From: Phoronis australis
Lineage: Eukaryota > Animalia > Phoronida
Length of the DNA stretch: 64,000 bases
Reading direction: 5' to 3'
NCBI GenBank assembly: GCA_002633005.1
Contig: NMRA01000028.1
Location: forward strand, 728,260-792,259
Shown here: positions 36,998 through 50,998 of the stretch, one piece after another
Layout of the letters: each line of letters opens with the position of its first letter
How positions within the stretch are numbered: position 1 is the first letter of the stretch
Translations under genes and position numbers: made by a program
Notes under the pieces: generated by a model
What the model was told of the DNA's origin: nothing
Seen by the model: the letters and a program-made list of their open reading frames with translations, nothing else
Databases searched by the model: none

Positions 36998-39900
36998 GAA
37001 CTTATGTATTTTTGTCAGTTCACTGACACGGTACTTGTTATTAATGCAACTTTGTACATTTTACAATGACCACAATCAGAACGTCAATCTGGGTTCCATT
37101 GAATTACAATAATTTGACATCCATTGTGGTACTCTACTGTGGTAGGTCACTACATTGGTGTTGCACTCCACTGGACTTTTTTTAATAGACTTGAACTGTA
37201 TTAATTAAATATAGCCTCCAGGTGTCAACTTCTACTGAAGACTTATTTGCTCACTAACACCAACTTTACGCGGCAAACCTCCACAGCCTTTTCCCGTGAC
37301 CTAATTATTTAACCTAACAAATCTCCAAGCAAGCATCATTTCTCTTTGTAATTTTCTTTTTTAATATATTGTCTGTGATACTACTCGTTTCTTTATAAGT
37401 CAAAGTCAGATTGATAATCCAATGCTGCTGTTAAAGCTGTAATATAAAGTAAAAGGTTAATTTTCAAACAATTCCGGTCTGAATTTTGAACATTAAAAAG
37501 CAATAAGTGGCAATTAATTTTTGACATAGCAATTTTACGATGACAGCTACAAACCAGGACACCCACCTTTGCCAAACCTTACATTGTGTACATTCCCAGT
37601 AACTTTGCATAGCACATTAATGTTGAAGCTTGGCTGCTTCTTCCATTAGTTGAACAGTCTGTGCTGTCTTGTGCAACAAATAAGTGATTAGATATAATAG
37701 CATTCTCCATACATTTATTTCACCATGCTCCATGCCATAACAGTGCAGTGCCGTGATGAACTTCATCAACATTTAACATTTCAGCGTTAGTTAGTGAGCA
37801 AACAGAATAACTAGCGTATCACAGCTGAATAGCAAGTACATTAATAATTATATTTAATATTAACCATAAAATAAAATAGTCTACATTATGATAAAATTGT
37901 TAATATAAAATGTCTGCTTAAAACGGAAAGCAGGTAGGGGGGGGGTAGTGATCTGAGGGGGGGTACTGTTCTAAGGCACTTTGGTTTATTCACCAGTTAC
38001 AATTTAACTATTAACATCTATTCTGTGGTAACAAAAGATGACCCACAAACAAAACAACCCATTATTCACATGTTAACACTTATGCAGCGTCATCTTGGTT
38101 CACATTTTGGAGTGAACTCCTTGGTTTTATTTTTTCACCAGCGACTTAGCTTTCCACTAACACTTCACAAAACCACAGATGCTTCAATGGAAAGATTCAC
38201 TGCCGCCCACTTCATTCCAGCAAGACTTTGGCGATTTTGACTTTACCTGGTTTAGCGTTGCTAAATTAGGTAAAGTCAAACTAAACTGCACACCAACATA
38301 CACTCGATAAAAGGCTCTTCTATTCAAAACTTGCTAAATATTGCAAACAGGACACAATTCTTAAAACCATTACGTGTTTTTAAACACAATGGACTCGGTA
38401 GAAACTCCAGCACAATTGTTCTTAACGTTTTTCATTTACGTATATACATAGGAGTCTAACCTTTCCACGAAGTTCAATTCATAATTCCCAAGGAGGTCAC
38501 CAAACCCAACAACAAGGTCACAAGTTTGGTGAACTCCTTGAAAATCATGAATTGAACTTTGGCGAAATGTACTGGTGTATATATGTAAATGTAGAACGTT
38601 AACAACTGTGCTGGGGTTTCTGCTGCTTATATGTCCCAAAACAAACATGGTCAATACAATAAGACTCAACTGAAACATTCCGCTTCAAATGATTTTCAAC
38701 TTTTAAATTTATGTTATGATAGAGTTGCTTAACAAGAGAAAAATGATACGACACTGCAAACTAGTTTTTGTGTCTATAAACAACCACAAATGTATTAAGA
38801 ACCAGTTGAAAAGTGCAAAAGGTTATTTTAACAAAAAAACTAGTCGACAATCTCTACCTATACCATGAACATAGCGAGTTAAAAAGCGCAATAGATGTTA
38901 TGCAAACCAGCAAACAAAAGTCTCTATAAATAGCCAAGGATAAAACTGGCAAAAGTTTAGAAAAAACTACTCTAGTTATGTAACATCAATTCATACAACT
39001 ATTTCATCAGTGTTAAAATATTATTTACAAATAACAAACCACGATCTAACTGCACATACCTGTATTAACACAATTAAAAAATAACGCCATGCTAGAGATA
39101 AATTATTTAATCATTATGCAATAAATTTCTATGTAACAACAGAATCGGCGACAATGAAGTGAGATTGTTCTTAGAGTTGATCTTGAAAATTTTTTGCAAT
39201 TTACAAAAGCTGAATTAATATTGTGCTTCATGTGGGTCACAAGAAGACGAACAGCTGCATATGCCAACAATACAGGTGACCAGTTAACTTTACTTGGGTA
39301 AGTAGCAGAAGAAACCATGCGCTTCAAATGCTGAGCCAGCTTTAATAAACAAACAATTGTGAATAATTTTCAGATACGAGTGCCCGGAGGCTGGTTGTGA
39401 AGCATCACTAGACTGACCAACTAACACGTCCTGTTCACAGGACACCTATACACTACCTGCAACGTAACACTCGAATGTTCAACAATGAACATCTGACAAT
39501 AACAAGAAGACTGGAAATGATTGTTCAACCTGTTGTTCATGATGTTTACTGGATTTTTGAGGGTTTTTACTCAGAAATTCACAAAACAGCACCTATGTAC
39601 ATGTATATGACTGAAGTTAAATACAGCAAGCATTATCATGACTAGGAGAGACCCTTCAACCAGTTAAGATTGTACTATGAGCTCCAAACATAACAATGTC
39701 AGATTGTATAACAATGCATTAAGACTGACTAACACTAAGTTTAGATGGTGCTGTTTCAGAGAGTAACTATAAAACATGGCTAGAAGACCATTATGATGAA
39801 TGTAAAATACATAACAATTATTAACTTAACAAATGAAATCAGACCTGTAATGACTTTAACACGAAAAAACTTCACGTGTGCGCTGCAACCAAATATAGTA

Positions 39901-40141
39901 CAATAACATCAACACCACCCATTGACAAAACATGACCACATGGGACGTGTCCATTACTACACTGGCCAATAGCACAGCACGTAGTAACAAGTACAATAGG
40001 AATATTCTGAAACTATAGATTACAGTGACTGATGATCCCTAGAAGTATGGAAGTACACGTATGCCACGCACTTAAATATCCTCTCCACTCTTTTAAGTGG
40101 TGCCCTCTGAAGAAGTAATAAGGAGTATTTACAAACAATTG

Positions 40142-43100
40142 TCAGCCATTACCCTTTCCACTACCCCGCCGCGCGCTCTCAACAACTCGCTTTGTTTCAC
40201 TCAGAGCTGCGGTACGAACAAAATCAATTTCTCTGTACTCCGTCGGGGACATGCTCCCCGCCGGCGGGGAATGCGGCTGAGTGCTGGCCTTGTCCGAAGT
40301 GGTTGAACTGGACTCTAGGTCCAGGTCCAAGTACTGGATCTCCCCTTTCTGTCTCTGGTGGGGTAGGGGCGGGGGAGGAGTCTGGCTCAGGGGGCGAGTA
40401 GATCTCACTGGTGGCAGATCATATGTCTGAAAAAGCAGAACAAACTGTCACTTTTTGGGTGACTATAACAGAGCATCCTTTAATATTCAATTTTCACATT
40501 GTTCTAAGGCTTGAACGACTGACCTTTAAACCAGCTTTCTGGTCATACAATTGAGTCTAACAGGGCCGTCCCAAATAACACAGTGATAGAACTCTTCTTT
40601 GTCCTGGAGATAAGAAAGTGCGTGATCTAGTTTTGGAAATCAGGAAAATTTTCGTGTTGGCAAAGAATTTCAGATCAAGCATCCACGGGTATCTGTCCTG
40701 TTTAACAAACCTTTTCACGTCGGAGTTGAAGACCACAGCACAACAGTAATACTTCGTTAGCTTTGGAAGGATGAATAGAATAATGCAATCGAGAAAAACT
40801 TGTAAAGAATCAGACACCAACAAATAACATGTAAAACTTCAGTGGCACGGCAACGTGGCACTAAATGTGCCTGACAAATGTTTACGGCACTGTGGGTAAA
40901 TACAGCGAGATTCAAGTGTCGCTGTGTAATCCAGGATGGCCCTATTGTGGTACATACACAATGGACAGGTAGATAAGCACCACCTATTGAACAGGTAGAT
41001 AAGCACCACCTATTGAACAGGTAGATAAGCACCACCTATTGACAAACATTCAAAAACAAATACTACATTTAGGTAACAATCCTTTCTCCAGCCAGTTACT
41101 ACACAGCCTGGATCATCTTATTCAAAATCTTGTGTGTAACCACCTATATTAGTTCGGAACCCAGATCAAGTTATATTTAACAAAATTTGCCTCAAGAAGA
41201 ATTGGTCTAGTTTTTAAGAAGATTAAAGCCAACATTGGGGTTCTGTTGACTAAGATGCAAAAGGCCGATTACCTTGGAGACACGATTCTACTTCCATTAC
41301 TGCCTCCCTTCCTCACTCTCACTATACATGCATGTAAGCTGTGCTCATAGCATGAGTCAGTTTGCTTATGGAAACTAATTGTTGGGCTACATAGGCTGGC
41401 TCACTACACTATGCTGGTACAGCAGGGTGAGGAAGGTGACTTTTAATACCAACATATGTCGTTAAAATGAGGAGTCAGGTATACTAATGAAAACGAACAA
41501 AAATCAGGAATATGTTGTAGTCAACAAGCATACTGCAGTTGCATCACATTATTGTGTGAGATGTGAGCTCAAATGTGTTGAATCACTTACACCCTGGTTG
41601 CCCTCTAGGTGTCACCCTTGTGCCAGTCAAAACAATCAATGCCTAACAGCATGCATGCATCACACAATAACTTTGACAAGAGTCATAAATTGACCCGTAA
41701 TGTATCACAACTATTCACTCCAAGCTTGGCACATTTTCTTACACTGTAAACACTTAAAACCAATTGAAAAGCAGAAACACCCAACTTTCAACTTTCCTGA
41801 GGTGAGGCAGAAATTCCATACAACTACAAAAATTTGGGCAAACAGTAAAATAATCTTGAACCATATACAGCTAAATGAGGTCAGTGTGTTTCAGCAAAGA
41901 AATAACTTTATTGAGAAAACACTACTGCTGACTGGAAAAACCACCTTTGATATGTTTTTGACAAATATCAAATTATTTTGAAACAAAACCTATCCCAAAT
42001 GGCAATGAAAGGACTAGTTGTCGGACAATACTGAATTTCAAAAAGAGTCCAAGCTATCTACAATACAAGAGTACTAGGCAAAAAGCTTAATTCTGACGAA
42101 GGCTGCACGTCGCAGTCCACATCATAACACCGTCCTTAGACTGGCTTATAAATACAGTGAATACGATACAGTTGAACACATGATATAAATTTCAACAACC
42201 CCAACTCCTTCAGAGCAATGCTCTGTGTAGATGTGACGAGTGCAGCCTGTGCTGGTCTTAAGCAACATAATACCCCAAATGCAATGTGAAGCACCCACTG
42301 CGTGTGTGTGTGTGTGTGTGTATGTGCGTGTGTGTGTGTGTACATGTATGTGTGTAAAAGGGACTCTACCTCAGACTCTATGTCTATTGGATACACATCA
42401 AATGGCACCCAAGAGACTGACCATTCATAGTCCTAAGTAAAGAACACAGTAATTACAGTGCAACAATCTCTTTGTTGTAATTACCCTCAAAAGCCAAAGG
42501 ATTACCTCGTTAATGACCAAAATAAATAAACTTGGTATTTGGTTTAATGTTAACAACGGCATCAATTACTCATAAGAGGTCATTAGTCAGCACTGGATTT
42601 CACAAAGCCTCTTGGTTTATAGTTCACTGTCAACATGGTCTTGGAAAACAACAAAAAATTAGCTCACACCCAACATACTGCAGTCAGCATGTTTACACAT
42701 TATAGAGTACCCCAATCATTGCCTTGCATGATATCCAGGTATTAGTTCACTCGTACCCTCACCAAGGCCACATTTATCTACAAGCAAGTCTTTGAAATTT
42801 CAAGCAGAACTGTCCGGTGTGGATAAATTTAAATTTAGACGACGATTTGCTATGTGACACATGATACACACATTAGAAGACAGTAACGACCGAGCCATGC
42901 CAGGAACTGTTCTCAACAGCCATAAGAAGGTGCAGCAAAGATACCCACCGAAGAAGGATCGTCGTCCGCGTCAGAGCCTGACTCTGAGTCTGAGCTGGAC
43001 TGCATAGCCTTCATCCTCTGAGGCAGCTGTATGTGGTTGGTGGAGACAGGAGGCACAGGGCTGTAGACATAACAAACACATGGTTACAAAAGCACGCAAA

Positions 43101-46100
43101 GCTGGCTGAGCAGATGCACACTATTGAGAATAGATTGGTTTAGGTTGGCTGCTGGTTATAGTCATTCAGTTATTGCTGGTATGCAAAGGTGAACAAATCC
43201 CAAAACTGGTTATTTGACCAAGTCACTATGTGGGTAAATCAAGGATGATGAAGCCATCGTCAAAACAGAAGATGTGGCAAATACATTGTAGCAACACATT
43301 GCTTGCTTACACTGGACTTGCTTATTTAGTAAATGTATCTACATTCCTGTAGCTTCCAGGCATAATTAAATGTCCTTTGTCAGTGGCACAGCAGGAGTAG
43401 AGAACTTACTCTACACAACAAATGTTGGCTTGCAAAACACATACAAGACACAAAAGGCAGGAAAGAATGCCTGGCTGTACTACTGACTAAACAATGCCTG
43501 GCGGTACTACTGACCAAACAATGCCTGGCCCTACAACTGACCAAACAATGCCTGGCCGTACTACTGACCAAAGAATGCCTGGCCGTACTACTGACCAAAG
43601 AATGCCTGGCCGTACTACTGACCAAAGAATGCCTGGCCGTACTACTGACCAAAGAATGCCTGGCCGTACTACTGACCAAAGAATGCCTGGCCGAAATACT
43701 GACCAAGGCTATTAAGATTGTAGTTAGTAGATCTCCGACTCATCTCTCTCAAGGTGTGGAAATGGCAAGAGGCACAGTTCACTGTAATGGCTACTATAGT
43801 CTATCAAACTACTGAACTGCACAATATTTTGTCAAAGGTGTCAACTAATGCTAAAGGTATGGTCAAGACAATTAGTCGTAAATTGTCCATTTGGAAAAAG
43901 TGGGAAAGTTAACAGCAAATAGTGTAAGAGCAATGTTACATATGGACAAAAACAAAGAAAGTTGGAATTATCGGAGTGATTTCATTTTGTCCTGTAGTAA
44001 CTATTCTACGTATCAGATGAAATAGTACTGGAAATAATTAAATGTTTAGAGATGAAACCAGACCTGTGAGATAGAAAATGAGACACGGGTTATAGCAACA
44101 CAGTATATAACTGCACCACCAGCCATATTGCAAACATGGACTATAGCAACACAACTGCTCCATCATCCAATTTGGCAAATACGGACTATAGCAGTTCAGT
44201 ATATAACTGCACCACCAACCATATTGCAAAGATAGACTATAGCAATACAATATATAATTGCAGTACCATTCATGTTGCAAACATGGACTACAGTAACACA
44301 GCATATAACTGTATTACCATTCATAATGCAAACAAAACAAACAAGGATGAAGCGGTGCTATACAAACCAAAATTAGACCAACAAAGTTTCTCTATCATGC
44401 CAGTTAACAGTCAGTCACTCTAGCAACTCTGATGGTGAGTTCCGCTCATGATCAGTTGTCATGACGGAGAATTCTGGGTCATTTCGCTAGATCCTATTTT
44501 GGCATGCACTGTAGATAAGAAAGAAGTCAGCCCACACAAGGGTCAAAATGGCATGGACGCTACATACCCCTGGAATGGTCCTTTGTCACGTGACAAATGA
44601 TGCCAAACACAAAAACATGGTCAGAGTACAATTTCAAATCAAACCATGGAAAATGTAGCGCAAGTTGACTGACTACTCACAACAATTCACCAGCACTGAC
44701 TTGAGGTTGTCCAAATAGACCTTGACCTTCAACCTTACATGTACTGTATTACATACAGTATACTACATGACTCTAAGAGGTTTCCTAAAGCCACAAAACA
44801 ACCAATCTCGGCAACATTGAAGTCAGTGAATTGGAAGGCAAATTTGTTACAAAACAAGGTCAGAAGTGACTTTCAAACCATCAGAGAGCTGACGATAGGT
44901 TATGCAATAAACTGAATGAGGTCACAACACTTAGGCGCCAAAAGGAATTCTTGTTCACTTCAAAGGAAAGAGTTCCATTCCCTGTCCAAAGGTTAGATTC
45001 AGATAGTGCTACAAGAGCTTTGTTACCTTGTGGCTTTAAGTCAAACACCTACATAAACAAATGACAACTTACGGTGCTGACATTTTCCTAGGTGGAATGA
45101 CTGGAGACTTCTTCTTAAAACTCCTCGACCGTGGAGTTTGTACAATATTACAGCTGTAAGTGTCTGCCAAGTCACCTGTAGTAGAAAAGATTAAATTTAA
45201 TTAATTTTAGGGTTCAGTAAATACCTGCCTAATCCAAGTGCACACTTGCTGACAACAAACGCTGAGAGACAAACTGCAGTTCAATCTCGAATGTTCGGCT
45301 TTAATTGACCTATCGGCAGGACTTTGAGGGACGGCTTAACTGACCAATCAGAACGCAGAACTCTTGACACACCTTCGTTTCCAAGCCGCCATTTTACCTG
45401 ACAAACAACACGTTGTCAGGTAAAACTTATTGTTTCTTTGTTGACTTTTCGCAAGGGGAAGGAGCTTGCGATGGGTCAATTTCGGGGTCATTTAGTGCCA
45501 ACTCATCTGTGTAACTCATGATGTAGTAGCACGCAAAATGAAAGACACTGTCTTATCTTTAGTTTACATTAAAAATAAAATTGAAAATATTAAAATTTTC
45601 ACTTTTTAACATTATAATAAAAAAGTTAAAGTTCAAAGATTAATTTCAGACTTTGAACTTAGGACAACTGCAAAAGCGTTAATTTAGAAACATAAACTAA
45701 TAGACAATGTATGTTAACGAAAACCTGCATGGGCTTTGAACTGAACAAAGTAATGTTATGACTGCATGTGGTCTCATTCACCCCAGTTTAAGTGATGTTT
45801 GATTGTGAGTGGCCTCAGTCATCCCATCTTAAGTGATGTTATGACCATGAGTGGTCTAATTCATCCTAACTTACCTATGTCTGTCTGTTCTGGCAGCCTG
45901 AGTCCACTGTAAGGCGGGACCCTGGTCATCACACTAACAGATCGACCAGTGATCACTGGTCGACTAGGTCCAGAAGGTAGCTCGGTGTAGGCACTGGAAG
46001 AGTTGTTCATTTGACTGTACACTCCATTCCTAGCTGATGGAGGTACTGAGTAAGTACTGCGTACATCATGTGACAATCTGCCTGCAGATGGTGGAGGCAC

Positions 46101-49100
46101 AGAGTAGGGGCTGACATGTTCATTCATAGGTGTGTACGACTGGCCAGCCATGTCAGCATAGCCAGCCATAACTAAACTCTGCTGGCGTGGTGCTGGGATA
46201 GCTTGATTCAGCTCAACACTTCCTGTACTACTAGTGTCACTGAATGAGGTTGGGTCGTGATCATGCACTCTAAGTCTGTCCACTTCCTGCAATGGAGGGA
46301 GTACGCCACCCAGTGGTGGAGAGTTCACGTAACGATGTCCACTTGGATCTGTATCAGTGATGTATCCTGTGGCAGCGTTCACGTATCTGTGTTGTTTCAG
46401 TCCAGGTGTAGTGCACGGCTGTGGAGGAGCAGGGGGCAGCTGTTCAACATCAGCCTGTTCTAATGTCCGGGGAAAGTCATACACGTCAAAGTCAGTAACA
46501 CTCCCGCGGCCACCACTAGGTGGTGGAATGTCATAGACACTACTCGTGGTGCAGACACTACTTGTGGTGCTTGGGAAAAATATACGACCAGGGTTGGGGC
46601 GCATGTCTAGGTCCACTCGGTCAGTTTCTGGAGACATAGTCTTGGGGGGTCGAGGGGGCGGTGACCGGATCTCCTCACGCTCGGATGATACGTCACGTTC
46701 TGATGATGACCTAACAGGAGGAACATCATAGGGGTCTGCCGTGACGCGTGAGAAGTGGTCTGTATTGCTGCGAGGTCGGGGACTAGTTTCCAATAAGTGA
46801 TCATCATTCTCCGGAGACCTACGCGGGGGAATGTCATACGTGTCTCCAGATGTCCGATAACCTGAAGAACTGGAAGTTCTGACGGAGTCTCTAGTACAGT
46901 CCCTAACAGGGGGGATGTCATAACAACTATCGACTGACGACTCTTCCCTCCTTCTGCGAGGTGCGTTCCGTACCGGAGGTACATTGTACAGTTCCATTGA
47001 TTCCTTAGAGTTGGGCATCACTCGCACTGGGGGTGAGTCATAAAAGTCCTCATCAGCCGTAACTCGTTTCTCTGGGGGTGGGGGAGGTGGGGCATCAGGT
47101 ATACTGGCCAGGCTATCACGCTTTGCGTTTGCATCCCACATATCAGTTTCAGTAGGGCCAGATGTGCACTCATCGAGAGGTATATAACCCCTCTCATCCT
47201 CTGATGGACGTTTATTTACAATACGTCCTGCAGATGGAGACACTCTCGCGCCTGGGCCCCAGCCTGGTGGTGGAGAGGCCGGTATGGAGTCCATTCTTTC
47301 TGGTGGCGGAGGTGCAGGGGACTCCATTGGGGGAACTGAAACCAAGAAGTAGATTTAATGAGAGCTGACTACAGGACTAGCATGATCACTAGATCAGAGC
47401 TAGAGAACTGTTTACTTCCTCATCAATGTGTTTTTTTAATTAAGACCAATTCATTACACAGTAGTGACTCATTTAGTCTATAGCATGGCAGGAATGGTTG
47501 GCGACATTTGAGAAATATGGTCTAACAGTGCACGTAACTAAAACATACAAACTATCATTTGCAAGTGGATTTTGTCTCAAAAAGTTAGAACAAGTATATC
47601 ACATTATCGCAAGACACCATGCGTGCATGCCAATTCATGAATGCGTGCTAAAACACCTGGCAAAACCTATATATTTTTCACTAGCAAATCAGACATTACA
47701 AAGATCATACAACTGACCAGTTCCAACTTAAGAACTCTCCTGATGAAGAGTTAAAACAACAGCACCGCTTTCAACAACTGTATTACTGTCTAGTGAAAAG
47801 GGTAATGTACATCATAAACATTACAGTTTAGATACAAAACAGCTAGACATTAAATTAAGTCAGAGTTCAGCATCCTCGGTAATAGCTCAATAACTTTTAC
47901 TTTTGATTTCAGTAAAGTTCCATTTGGGACAGGGTTTTCCCTGGCAAGCACCCAAACCTGGCTCACGTTTTGTGTTTTATTTTCACTTCATCACATTTCA
48001 TTGTCTTCTCACAGAAACTTACTTAAGTTACAAACTACTTACACTTCACCATATCCTTTGTGTTCCCTCGGGAACTTACTACAGCTACAGTTTGTATACA
48101 TGTGCTCCACAAGCCCCAATCAATTTTACACCAAAAGAACATTTTTCTACACAGTTCATTGGCAACTCCATAACACACGTGTCTAAATGAGGTTGTCCCC
48201 ATGGTATGCTTCAATATATAAAAGTTGAAACTGTTGGAAATTCAAGAACATGAATGAAGTAGCACAAGTTAATATGGTAAAACAGGAAATTTCTGTTCAA
48301 TACACAACCACTAAGAGTGTGCCAAAATCAAGAAATGAGCACTGGCATTGACGACACGTTCACTCATTCACTCGACACTTGGTCCGACATGTTGTGAATA
48401 CTTCCCATATACATTACAGTCATGTATCTCACAACACTTCACAACTGATCTCTAGTTGCAGAACTCAATTAGCTGGTATCCTGGGTACATGTCCTAATTG
48501 CTGATGGCCGATAGAGGCAGTTTTGAAAGAAATGGAAAAGTATATTGGTCATTTCAATAGCTGGTTACAGGCCAACACCACACAGGGATTCCCCCGTTAT
48601 CAAAGTGTCACTCCATAGCAATTTATCTAACACTGCTGATGAAAAACAGATTGCTCAGAACCCTGAGTTTTATTACATGCAACCTGTATTTGTCTTTTTT
48701 ATCCATGTTTTACTCATTGCCAGTAAATATGATGAAAAACATCTTCCTACTTTGTCAGCTCAAGCAGTAGTTTGTCATCACCCGATTATAACCATTCACA
48801 TAGGCATTTCTGCTAGTGACTACATGTCGCCCAAAAATGTGCTGCCAAAAATTACCCCCCCCCCCCAGTGACATGAATAGACCAAGAATTGACCAATCAG
48901 CAACAGCTAGTTTCAGTCCCTCATTGCCATACCAACCACCCAACAACTGCAATTTGCTAATCAAGAAGCAGAAGTAGCTATCACTCACTGTCATCATCAT
49001 CATCATCTTCAGCAGGCTCCTCCTCCTCCTCCTGCTTCAAGTTACACACGTGACACAGGCAGTCCACCCAGCGTGTCATCTCATCCTCTGTAGCTGTTGC

Positions 49101-50963
49101 CAGGTAATAGGTACGGTCCCGCCCCTTGTGTTTGGTCCGGATAGAAAATAGGTATTGATAAAAAGCGGACTCCAGAGAGGCCACTACTTGTTCACACTGC
49201 TCGAGGTCAACATGGCTGACTTTCTTGGTCAATGATGCATCACGGTAGTAGTCCAGGGCATATGTGTCAGGCAAACTGCTAGCAGGTTTGTGCAGAACGA
49301 AATATCTCCGACGCCATTTCTGAAATAGAAAGTGGAACTATAATTACGGTAGTTCACATCAACATTTGATGTTCTTTGATCACCCCTTAGTCTGTTACTC
49401 CTTGTGTCTATTGGATTTGGTCTCATAATCCAAAATCTTCAGCCTGTGATTACGGCAGGCAGATGCCAACCTTTTTCCAATATGCAATTAAAAAATCACC
49501 CATTTCATATCAAAAACACCAAAAATACCAATCTATCAGCTGTCAAATTAGAACTCCCACAAAAAAATTTGATGACATATTAATTAGCTCGAGTTATCAG
49601 CATTTATTGGTCGAAACATACAACACAAAATCGGGACAAATTGACCAATCACATCACTAGTCATCCTTGATTGGGTTAAATGTGAAAAGTTATTAGATAT
49701 AACTGCTCAGTTACCCGTGGTTAATACTATAATAAGGAATGACGTGGTGCCGCGTTAATGATGGTTGTGACACGGTAGTATTTGACCACACTGTGGCTCT
49801 TTTCACTTTTCTGAGCAACATCGGGGGAACTAAGGTATGGCACAAGTTAGTTCAAGAAACTTGATGTTGTGGATATAAAAGACTGGCATTAGAGCTCCAT
49901 GGAGCTAATAATCCAATGAGTTTTGTCTCATTTTGGGATATTGAATTCATGATTGTGATATGCAGAGCTACAGAGGAAGGTTAAATGATGCTGGCAATGC
50001 AGTCACAAGGTAACTGAACGGTGATTTTGAGCACTTAGTTCAAAATGCCATCAATTCCCCTTGAATATTTGTTTCTGAACTTTTGAAACTTGATGCAAAA
50101 CCATAACGTGCAAAAACTTTCACTGGTTGAAAACGGTCTTAAACAAAATGCTACACATTCCTGTGCTGCTTGTTTCAATTAATATCACAAGGGTCATTTT
50201 ACTCCTCAGCTTGTGCCAAATTCAAACCATTATTAAACAACGTAGTAACTTTTGACTACCTTCTATTTTCTTGATAGTTATTGTAATACAGTTTCCAAAT
50301 ACAGTAACTTTGTCTCAAGTATCATTTGTGTAGAATCTAAGAGAGTATTAACACAAAATGGTACTTATTCCATAGCCTCAAGCTGCAAATACGCATTATC
50401 AAACTGTAAGGCACTTGTCCAACCTGACAAATTACATTGTATTCAAGCGTCTCTCCTCATCCAGCAAACAAAAGTCAGACTTGAAGACTGACCACACACT
50501 TTACACACTCTTGACTGGTTGCTTGGATGATACGAGTAACTCCAGTACAAACTAATTCATTGCCACTCAACTTGGTTCTAGCTCAAACCAAGTGAGCCGT
50601 GCCTGAACATGAGAACCAACCCGCTACAAATGTGGAACATTCAACAAGTAGCTTTATAGCTAAACAATTGTTAACATTCTTGGGTGTGCCTTGAATGTCA
50701 AGACAAAAATAGAGAAGTCAGGAGAAATGTTTAAAAATTTACAACCTGAAAACTGGCAATGTCATAATTTCTTGATGACAAATTTCCAGAATAGTTCCGC
50801 AGTTCTCAAACTGTACATTGTGTTTTTGCCTCTGTAATCTCATTTTGAGGTACGAGAAACAACTGTAATACGACTTTACTTACACTTTCTGAAGTCTTCT
50901 CTTTAATTTTTCCAAAAAAATAAGAGCAAAACTGCTACATACCTGCGTTCTGTCCAAGAAAGT

Positions 50964-50998
<35 letters not shown>

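Noticed and set aside
41273-41321. Extra 49-nt GAB exon (TAG|...AAG|GTAATC on the minus strand)
   Set aside because: Not compatible with the phase 0-0 slot; it would frameshift or stop. Cannot be excluded as a poison exon.
43380-43715. Repetitive ORFs (MPGRTTDQR)n / (ARHSLVSST)n
   Set aside because: By-product of a 27-bp intronic minisatellite; no convincing splice context.
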